Assembly: GCA_003220615.1 (NCBI GenBank)
Contig: QHTB01000128.1
Location: 11,839 to 75,838, forward strand
Source: Candidatus Rokuibacteriota bacterium
GTDB taxonomy: Bacteria > Methylomirabilota > Methylomirabilia > Rokubacteriales > CSP1-6
Length of the DNA stretch: 64,000 nt
Reading direction: 5' to 3'
The notes beneath the pieces are model-generated. The model was not told where the DNA came from. It ran no database searches and saw nothing but the letters and a program-made list of their open reading frames with translations. This document shows positions 57,119 to 64,000 of this stretch, piece by piece. A program made the translations under genes and the position numbers. Numbering within the stretch: position 1 is the stretch's first letter; every line of letters begins with the position of its first letter.

Positions 57119-59961
57119 CAGGCCGCCCGGGTCAGCAGCGCCACGGGAAAGTCCGCCAGCGCATCCGCCACCGAGAGAATGCCGTCGTTCACGCTCACCG
57201 TCGCACCGGTGAACACGTTGGTGAACCGGCCGTCGAGGCCAGCGCCGGTGGCCACCCGCGTGTCTTCCCAGTACGACCGGCCGAACAGCGGGGTCTCCAC
57301 ACCGCGACGAGCGAGGAGCCGCGGCACGACGACGATGGCTGCGTCAGCGGGTACCACCCGCGCGAACGCGCACACGTGGTCGTCGAGGCCCCCGGAGACC
57401 TCGAGCGGCACGTAGTCGCCGCGCTGGAAGAGTGCCTGGTGGCTCCGTCGTGTGGCGAGCGCTTCCTGGATCACGTAGAGCTTGACGCGACCGTCCTCCC
57501 ACGACTTCACGAGATCACGGGCCAGTCCGGCTCGTTCGAGCCGGCTCTGCGTCGCGAGGCCGTCGAGCAGCCGCTCGCGCAGCGCCCAGTCCACGGGGCG
57601 GCGGTTGTCGGGATCGACCAGGCTCAGGTCCCACAGCTCGCTGCCCTGATAGAAATCGGGAACACCGGGCGCGGTGACCTTGACGAGGGTCTGAGCCAGC
57701 GAGTTGAGCGCACCGAACCAGGCCACACGGGCCGCGAAGGCCGTCAGGTCCCGCAGGAACTCGCGGGAGCGCCGAGGCTCCAGGATCGCCTCGACGAAGG
57801 CCGCGATCGCTTCGTCGTACTTCGGATTCGGGTTGATCCAGCTCGTGTGGACCTTCGCCTCGTGCATCGCCTTGAGCGCGTACTCGCGCAACCGCTCGGT
57901 TGAGATCGGCCAGGCCCCGACGAGCGTCTGGTAGAGCAGGGACTCCTCGTTCGGGTCGGGCGCGGGCGTGCCGTCGACGACGATCCGGTGCCGGCGATTC
58001 AGGCGCTGCCAGCGGCCGACGCGCCGACGCCACTCCTGCGGGATCTCGCTCAGCACGTTGATGCGGGCGCGGACGTCCTCGCTGCGCTTGGTGTCGTGGG
58101 TCGAGGTGGCGGTGAGGCTGTCCGGGCACGTCTTCTGGCGGGCCACCATGGCGGCGTGGAACTCGGTGAGTGGAGTGCCGAAGCGGCCCGGATCGCCACC
58201 GACGTCGTTGAGGGAAATCAGCCGGTGATACCGGTAGAGCGCGGTGTCCTCGTAGCCCTTGGCCGTGACCTGTCCCGTGGTTTGCTGGAACCGCATCACC
58301 CAGTCGAGGCGCTCGCGCCGGTGCTCGACGTCGGCCCACGGCGGGAAGCGCAGCATCAGGATGTCCTGGATCCAGTCGAAGACCGAGACATCGGTGGCCG
58401 CGGTGCGGCGCCTGGCCAGGGCGACCGCGCGCGTGATGTACTCCTGATCACGCTCGGTCGGGCCGACGGGGCCGTCGCTCGAGCCGAGCGGCAGTCCCTC
58501 GCGTACGGGAGCATCGCCCACGTACGTGCGGTAGACGGAGAACGCGGCGATGATCTCGCGCACGGCCCGGGTGAGGCTGCCCAGCGTGAAGTCGCGCGTC
58601 GACCGATGCCGCTCGGAGATGATGTTCAGCCGGTGGGCGAGCATCGCGATCTCGGACGCCATCACGGTTTCCATGATGAGGCGCTTGGACTCGTCCACGA
58701 TCTCGGAGAACGTGGCCGTCTCGTGGGTGAGCCGACGGTAGAGCTGGTCCAGGGCTCGGGCCTGCGTGCGGTCGACGAAGATACCGTTGATCAGATTCAG
58801 CGTCTCGTAGCCGGTCGTGCCCGCGACGGCCCACGCCGCGGGCCATCGTTCGTTCGGGGCCAGGATCTTCTCGGCCACCACGTACACGGGCCCGGTCAGC
58901 TCTTGAAGGCGCCGGAAGTACTCCGCGGGCGCATAGAGGCCGTCGGGATGGTCGATGCGCAACCCGGTGACGACGCCCTCGCGGAGCAGCCGGGCCACCA
59001 GCGCGTGGGTCTCGGCGAACACGTCGGCGCGCTCCATGCGGATGGCGGCGAGCTGGTCCACGTCGAAGAATCGCCGATAGTTGATCTCCTCGCTCGAGAC
59101 GCGCCAGAACGCGACGCGATACGCCTGGTCGGCCAGCAGCGTGTCGAGCAGGTCGAAGCTGCGCGGATCGCCAGGCGTGCCGTTGATGAGCCGGACGTTC
59201 TCCTCGACGAACCCGCGCACCGGCGCCGAGCGCTCGAGCAACGCGGCCAGCCGTCGGCGGCCAAGATCGCGGTGCCGGCGCCGAGTTGCCAGCGCCTCGG
59301 GGTCGTTCTCGGGCCGGATCGGCAGCGTGACGAGCCACGTGGTCACCGCCTTCAGCTCGACCAGCGTGGGATCGTCGGGGCCGAGCACGGCCTGGAGCGC
59401 CTCGATGCGGTGGCTCAGGATGCGGCCGTACGCCGAGGGCGACACCGGCAGCAGGGTCTCGTGATAGCGGATCACGAAGGCGCCGTCGAGCTGCTCCAGC
59501 CGGAGCTCGCCACGCTCCAGGACCGCGCCGTAATGATCGGCGAGGATCGGTAACAGGACTTTGCCGGCGAGCTCCCGCTTCACGGGTGTCCAGTCGATGT
59601 CGAAGTGGGGCGCGTGCTCGGCGCTCTGACCGAACTCCAGCACGTCGAGCCACCACTCGTTGCGATGACCGGCGATGCCCATGTGGTTGGGGACGATGTC
59701 GATCAGCAGCTCGAGGCCGTGGCGAGCCAGCGCGTCGGCGAACCGCGCAAAGCCAGGCTCGCCCCCCAGCGACTCACGAAACCTGGAGTGATCCGCCACA
59801 TCGTAGCCGTGTGTGGAGTCGGGAGCGCTCGTCTCGAACACGGGCGAGGCGTAGCAATGACTGATGCCGAGCGCGGCCAGATAGGGCGCCAGCCGGGCGG
59901 CGTCGTCGAAGCTCAGGGTCGGGCCGAGCTGCAGGCGGTACGTCGCCAGGGGCGGCGTCAT
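57118..59961 (-). CDS. treY: Malto-oligosyltrehalose synthase
   Basis: MTPPLATYRLQLGPTLSFDDAARLAPYLAALGISHCYASPVFE..., IDIVPNHMG, GLRIDHPDGL. Internal ATG of ORF 57118..60789. The 276-codon R/P/G-rich extension is rejected. Confidence 0.9.
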   Translation of the reverse strand: MTPPLATYRLQLGPTLSFDDAARLAPYLAALGISHCYASPVFETSAPDSTHGYDVADHSRFRESLGGEPGFARFADALARHGLELLIDIVPNHMGIAGHRNEWWLDVLEFGQSAEHAPHFDIDWTPVKRELAGKVLLPILADHYGAVLERGELRLEQLDGAFVIRYHETLLPVSPSAYGRILSHRIEALQAVLGPDDPTLVELKAVTTWLVTLPIRPENDPEALATRRRHRDLGRRRLAALLERSAPVRGFVEENVRLINGTPGDPRSFDLLDTLLADQAYRVAFWRVSSEEINYRRFFDVDQLAAIRMERADVFAETHALVARLLREGVVTGLRIDHPDGLYAPAEYFRRLQELTGPVYVVAEKILAPNERWPAAWAVAGTTGYETLNLINGIFVDRTQARALDQLYRRLTHETATFSEIVDESKRLIMETVMASEIAMLAHRLNIISERHRSTRDFTLGSLTRAVREIIAAFSVYRTYVGDAPVREGLPLGSSDGPVGPTERDQEYITRAVALARRRTAATDVSVFDWIQDILMLRFPPWADVEHRRERLDWVMRFQQTTGQVTAKGYEDTALYRYHRLISLNDVGGDPGRFGTPLTEFHAAMVARQKTCPDSLTATSTHDTKRSEDVRARINVLSEIPQEWRRRVGRWQRLNRRHRIVVDGTPAPDPNEESLLYQTLVGAWPISTERLREYALKAMHEAKVHTSWINPNPKYDEAIAAFVEAILEPRRSREFLRDLTAFAARVAWFGALNSLAQTLVKVTAPGVPDFYQGSELWDLSLVDPDNRRPVDWALRERLLDGLATQSRLERAGLARDLVKSWEDGRVKLYVIQEALATRRSHQALFQRGDYVPLEVSGGLDDHVCAFARVVPADAAIVVVPRLLARRGVETPLFGRSYWEDTRVATGAGLDGRFTNVFTGATVSVNDGILSVADALADFPVALLTRAA

Positions 59962-62354
59962 GCGCGCGCCTTGTCCGCCAGCTCGAACCCGAGCGTCTCG
60001 GCCAGCGGGCGCAGGATCGGGCGCGCGTGCGGCCGCTCGCGCCACAGCTCGAAGAACTCGTTCTGCGTCCGCCAGAGCCCGAAGCGAACGCCCAGCCGCT
60101 GGAGCCCGGTGATCAGCGCGATGGTCGCGGCCACGCGCTCGGCGGTGGGCGCTGCGCTCAGATTCTGCAGCGCCCGCGCCGTCGCGCCGCGCATGGCGAA
60201 GCGCCCCGGGGTCAGGTCGAGCGTGATACCGAGCATCTGGGCCTCGTCGGCCAGCTCGAAGGCGCGCTCGGGGATGCCGCCGAGCTCGAGCGTCCGCTGG
60301 AGGTCGCCGATGATCGCCTTCTCGATCACGTGCTTGGCCGTCAGGCGAAAGACCTCGGGGATCGGCGCCTCCGCCTGACGCAGATAGCGCATCAGCTTGC
60401 GACTCTCTTCCCAGATACGGAGGTACGTCTCCTCGTGCCTGTCCTGCATGGCCTGGATGACCTGGCCCAGCACGCGGCGGCGCTGCTCGATGAAGAGGTG
60501 GGGCAACCCGTAGATCTCGCGCGCGAAGTACTCGTCGAGGCCGCGCACCATGTCGGCCATGCTGTGCTGGGCGTAGCGACGGAGGAGGTCGGCGCGCATG
60601 CTGTCGTAGGCAGCCTGGTCGTCCCACGCGCGGATGCCGCAGGAGAAGTCGTGACCGCCGAAGTGGACGACCGCGTACATCGCCTCGCGGGTGTCGCCCG
60701 TCATCTCCGAGGTCGTCCGCACGTGGCCGATCCGCATGGCGGTGCCGTAGTAGGCCTCGCGCGTCTCCTCGACCCGGTCGATCCGCCACGCGTAGACGCG
60801 TCCCTCGTCGGGCTGCTCGGCGAGCAGCCCGGTGATGGCGTTGTGGGCGATCACGCGACGCCAGTCCACCACGGCCGGCTGGATGAGTCGCCGGTAGACC
60901 TCACCGCCGTCGCCGTAGTCTCGGACGTTGCTCGGCGCGGCCTCCAGGCGGCGGACGAACTCCGGCTCGATCACGCCGCCGCCGAGATCGCGCAGGTACT
61001 GGATGGCCATCGCGGCGTACTTGAGGATCTGCACGGGCTCGAGCCCGGACAGCTCGTCGAAGAACCAGCCGCACGAGGTGTACATGAGCATGCGGTTGCG
61101 CTGCATCTCGAGCAGCCGCCGCACCTCCACGTGCGCGGCGTCGTCGAGCGCCGCGCGCTGATGACGCCCCAGCCAGGCGTGCAGCCGCTGGGGCGTCCGA
61201 TCGAGCACGACGTCGACGTAGCTGTCGCGGGCCTCCCACGGATCCTTCAGCCACGCCGAGGCGCGGGCCTCGTAGAAGAGATCGATCTGGTCGCGGAGCC
61301 AATCGAGCGACTCGCGCAGCGGCGCCCGCCAGCGCTGCTGCCAGTCGCCGCGCACACGGCAGCCACAGTCCCGGCGCCAGCGCTCGACACCATGGGCGCA
61401 GCTCCACGACGTGGCCTGGCGGATCTGGGCCTCGAACCGCGGTGGGTGGGCGGCGAGGAAGGCGCCGTAGTTCGTGAGCGTCGCAAACTTTTCGGCCTCG
61501 ACCTGCTGGACGGCGGCGGCCAGCGCCATGTCCCCGAAGCGCTTGTGATGACCGTAGGACTCGCCGTCGGTCGCGCAGTGAACGAGCTGGGCCCAGTCAC
61601 GCGAGGCCGAGAAGCCGCTGCGCAACCGGTCGACGAGGCCCTCGCCGCGCTCGAGGGCGTTCTCGAACGCGATCGCGCGCGAGATCGGACCATCGTAGAA
61701 GAAGAGCGTGAGGCTCAGATCCCGCGGGCCGCACCAGAGGTACGGACGACTCGGATCGACGCGGTCGTGGACCTCTTCCCACCCGTCACCGCCGATGCGC
61801 CGGATGCGCCAGGCCTGGTGGGGGGCCAGGATCGTGAACTTCACGCCGGCCTCGGCCAACACCTCCAGCGACTCGTCGTCGGCGGCGGTCTCGGGCAACC
61901 ACATGCCCTCCGGCTCGCGGCCAAACCGATGACGGAAGTCGGCGAGGCCCCACCGCGTCTGCGTGACTTTGTCGCGGCGGGTGGCGAGCGGCAGGATCAT
62001 GTGGTTGTAGATCTGTGCGATCGCGTTGCCGTGGCCGTTGCGCCCCTGGGCCGAGAGGCGATCGGCGTCGAGCACCCGCGCGTACACGTCGGGGGCGTGG
62101 CGCTCGAGCCACGTCATCAGCGTCGGCCCGACGTTGAAGGAGATCTTCTCGAAGTTGTTGACGATGTCCAGGATCCGATTGGCGCTGTCGACGCGGCGGG
62201 CCGCGGTGTTGGGCGCGTAGCATTCCGCCGTCACCCGCTCGTTCCAGTCGTGATACGGCGCGGCGGAGTCCTGGACCTCGACCGCTTCCAGCCATGGGTT
62301 CTCGCGGGGCGGCTGGTAGAAGTGCCCGTGGATCGCAACGGCACGATCGGCCAT
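59958..62354 (-). CDS. GH57-family glycoside hydrolase with a DUF3536-type C-terminal region
   Basis: VAIHGHFYQPPRENPW..., WLPETA, and a long helical C-terminal extension. Internal ATG of ORF 59958..62591, with ATGA overlaps at both ends. Confidence 0.8.
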   Translation of the reverse strand: MADRAVAIHGHFYQPPRENPWLEAVEVQDSAAPYHDWNERVTAECYAPNTAARRVDSANRILDIVNNFEKISFNVGPTLMTWLERHAPDVYARVLDADRLSAQGRNGHGNAIAQIYNHMILPLATRRDKVTQTRWGLADFRHRFGREPEGMWLPETAADDESLEVLAEAGVKFTILAPHQAWRIRRIGGDGWEEVHDRVDPSRPYLWCGPRDLSLTLFFYDGPISRAIAFENALERGEGLVDRLRSGFSASRDWAQLVHCATDGESYGHHKRFGDMALAAAVQQVEAEKFATLTNYGAFLAAHPPRFEAQIRQATSWSCAHGVERWRRDCGCRVRGDWQQRWRAPLRESLDWLRDQIDLFYEARASAWLKDPWEARDSYVDVVLDRTPQRLHAWLGRHQRAALDDAAHVEVRRLLEMQRNRMLMYTSCGWFFDELSGLEPVQILKYAAMAIQYLRDLGGGVIEPEFVRRLEAAPSNVRDYGDGGEVYRRLIQPAVVDWRRVIAHNAITGLLAEQPDEGRVYAWRIDRVEETREAYYGTAMRIGHVRTTSEMTGDTREAMYAVVHFGGHDFSCGIRAWDDQAAYDSMRADLLRRYAQHSMADMVRGLDEYFAREIYGLPHLFIEQRRRVLGQVIQAMQDRHEETYLRIWEESRKLMRYLRQAEAPIPEVFRLTAKHVIEKAIIGDLQRTLELGGIPERAFELADEAQMLGITLDLTPGRFAMRGATARALQNLSAAPTAERVAATIALITGLQRLGVRFGLWRTQNEFFELWRERPHARPILRPLAETLGFELADKARA

Positions 62355-63595
62355 CAGGGCTCGTCGAGGCCGAGGAGGAACTCGCGCCGACCGCCGCGTG
62401 GCATCACGACGATGCCCGACCCGTCCACGTGCCAGCGCCGCCGGTCGGTGTCGGGATCGAGGCCGATCTCGCTGCCTGCGGGCACGATGTTGAAGCGATC
62501 GACCACGGCACGCCTGATGTGGGCGCCCTTGCCGACCGTGGTGTGGTCCATGATGATCGAGTCCTCGATCACGGCGCCCTCGTTCACCCACACGCTCCGC
62601 CCGAGGATCGAGTTGCGGATCGTGGCCCGCTTCACCAGCGAGCCCTCGGCGATGTGGGCGTTGTCGACGTCGGAGCCGAGGAAGCGGGCGGGCGGGCCGG
62701 GATAGGTGCCGGTGCGGATGGGCCAGTCGTGATTGTCGAGGTCGAGACGCGGCGACTCACCGAGCAGATCCATGTGCGCCTGCCAGTACGTCTCGATCGT
62801 CCCCACGTCGCGCCAGTAGCCGGGCTCCTCGTACGGCTTCACGCCCGGCACGTCGTTGGTCTGGAAGTCGTAGCCGAAGACCCGGTCTTCGAGCACGAGC
62901 TCGGGAATGATCGAGCGCCCGAAGTCGTGATCGGTCGACCGTCGCGCGTCGTCCACCAGCGCCTCGACCAGCGCCTGGCGGCTGAAGAGATAGTTGCCCA
63001 TGGACACGAGCGCACGATCAGCGTTGTCGGGCAAGGGCTTGGGGCGCTCCGGCTTTTCCTGGAACTCGACCACACGGCCCGTGCGATCGACGCCGAGCAC
63101 ACCGAACTGGGACGCCTCGGTGAGCGGCACCGGCCGCGCGGCCACCGTCACGTCGGCGCCCGACTCGCGGTGGAAGATCAGCATCTGCGCGATGTCCATC
63201 CGGTAGATGTGGTCGGCCCCGAAAATCGCGATCACGTCGGGATTGAAGTCGTCGATCAAGTTCAGGTTCTGGAGCACGGCGTCGGCGGTGCCGCGGTACC
63301 ACCCGCCGCCCGTTCGCATCTGGGGTGGCACGACGGTGACGAAGTAGTCGCCGACGATGCCGGTGGTGCGCCAGGCCAGGCGCACGTGCTCGATGAGCGA
63401 CTGCGACTTGTATTGCACCAGGACGTAGAGCGACAGCAGATCCGAGTTGACGAAGTTGGACAGGACGAAGTCGATGATCCGGTAGCGGCCCCCGAACGGC
63501 ACGGCGGGCTTCGACCGGTCGCGCGTGAGCGGATGCAACCGCTCGCCACGCCCGCCGGCCATGATCATCGCGAGGACGCGAGGCCGCCGGGGCAT
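62354..63595 (-). CDS. glgC: Glucose-1-phosphate adenylyltransferase
   Basis: LAMIMAGGRGERLHPLTRDRSKPAVPFGGRYRIIDFVLSN..., WYRGTADAV, and a left-handed beta-helix C-terminus. Confidence 0.95.
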   Translation of the reverse strand: MPRRPRVLAMIMAGGRGERLHPLTRDRSKPAVPFGGRYRIIDFVLSNFVNSDLLSLYVLVQYKSQSLIEHVRLAWRTTGIVGDYFVTVVPPQMRTGGGWYRGTADAVLQNLNLIDDFNPDVIAIFGADHIYRMDIAQMLIFHRESGADVTVAARPVPLTEASQFGVLGVDRTGRVVEFQEKPERPKPLPDNADRALVSMGNYLFSRQALVEALVDDARRSTDHDFGRSIIPELVLEDRVFGYDFQTNDVPGVKPYEEPGYWRDVGTIETYWQAHMDLLGESPRLDLDNHDWPIRTGTYPGPPARFLGSDVDNAHIAEGSLVKRATIRNSILGRSVWVNEGAVIEDSIIMDHTTVGKGAHIRRAVVDRFNIVPAGSEIGLDPDTDRRRWHVDGSGIVVMPRGGRREFLLGLDEP

Positions 63596-63602
63596 GTCTC
63601 GT

Positions 63603-64000
63603 TTACCGATCGGCGGGTGGCCTGGCCCAGGCGGGATCGAGGTCAGGGAAGCAGAAGTCCTCGCGTTCGAGGCGACGGAGCGTCTCGGCGGCTTCCACCG
63701 AGAGCGGCGCGCCGTTGATGAGCGTGCGCGCGATCTCGGCCAGGCGCTTGAACTCGGCGTAGTGCTCGGCCACCCGTCGCTCGGCGTAGTCGCGAGCCGC
63801 CCAGGTCGTGATCAAGAACTGCCAGTCGGACGCCTCCAGCAGCAGGAGCTCGCGCGTGGCCTGGCTGATGACGCGCCGGACCTCCGGCTTGACCTGATCG
63901 ACGTGCTGGAGGAGGTCGATCCACTCCGCCTCGGCGCTGTACACGCGGTCCCACGTCCACTCGGTGTCCGGGTTGAGCCACACGCGATGATCGCCGCCTT
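63603..64000 (-). CDS. GH57-type 1,4-alpha-glucan branching enzyme, C-terminal part (gene continues past the window end)
   Basis: ...HRVWLNPDTEWTWDRVY...LLLEASDWQFLITTWAARDYAERRVAEHYAEF resembles the C-terminal helical (DUF1957-type) domain of GH57 branching enzymes. The frame stays open to position 64000. Confidence 0.7.
   Translation of the reverse strand, partial: GGDHRVWLNPDTEWTWDRVYSAEAEWIDLLQHVDQVKPEVRRVISQATRELLLLEASDWQFLITTWAARDYAERRVAEHYAEFKRLAEIARTLINGAPLSVEAAETLRRLEREDFCFPDLDPAWARPPADR

Noticed and set aside
60027-62705. Very long antisense ORFs opposite well-supported genes. Examples: 60027..62705 (892 aa), 40805..43261 (818 aa), 35417..37543 (708 aa), 14005..15768 (587 aa), 21863..23404, 17080..18495, 9237..10847, 3102..4937, 51987..53513, 53957..55306, 55095..56651, 57988..59553 and 62294..63718.
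   Set aside because: Each lies opposite a gene with clear family motifs. Their translations are R/G/D/H/V/P-rich and low in complexity, as expected for stop-poor shadow frames in GC-rich DNA. None has a recognisable domain.

Overview
GC-rich, almost fully coding bacterial chromosomal window. Gene content is Gram-negative in type and points to a sigma-54 user. No transposase, integrase, CRISPR array or rRNA gene was seen. Most of it is recognisable housekeeping synteny, in order: ctc-prs-tRNA-Gln-ispE-LolB-like lipoprotein-TPR protein; rlmD plus two orphan Opp/Dpp-type permeases; a MrfA/MrfB-like helicase-exonuclease pair; a perfect CIRCE operator with groES-groEL; rpsF-ssb-rpsR-rplI-dnaB; alkA-like/DUF971/MFS; an ABC-F ATPase, HNH nuclease and comEA; two tandem cold-shock genes; mreBCD-mrdA-rodA-rng; csoR-copA-YHS-DUF2889; ftcD-like, AIR-synthase-like and ggt. 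The window ends with a long minus-strand glycogen/trehalose block: mak, treS, glgE, a GT-A glycosyltransferase, treT-like, an unknown gene, treY, GH57/DUF3536, glgC and a GH57 branching enzyme. The best candidate for something undescribed is a compact sigma-54 module at 18.9-21.9 kb. It has an enhancer-binding protein with a Rossmann-like N-terminal domain, a periodic GAGAC/GTCTC palindrome array over the end of its own gene, and a -24/-12-like promoter in the only AT-rich spacer of the window. The operon encodes two paralogous 9-cysteine mini-proteins and an isocitrate-lyase/PEP-mutase-family enzyme, and is closed by a strong terminator. The second candidate is a noncoding, structured, terminator-capped stretch of about 340 nt (30.3-30.65 kb). 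It carries a 17-nt perfect complement of the 16S rRNA 3' terminus directly abutting the AUG of a 13-codon mini-ORF. Smaller oddities:
- terminator-like hairpins in both csp leaders
- a stop-less DUF721(DciA-like)-lipobox-TPR fusion
- an ispE reading frame that runs through tRNA-Gln
- an apparent ATT start for rpsR
- DnaA-box-like repeats upstream of dnaB
- a near-consensus sigma-54 promoter upstream of mreB
- a frameshifted membrane-protein gene
All family calls come from reading the translations and from memory of the families. No database search was run.
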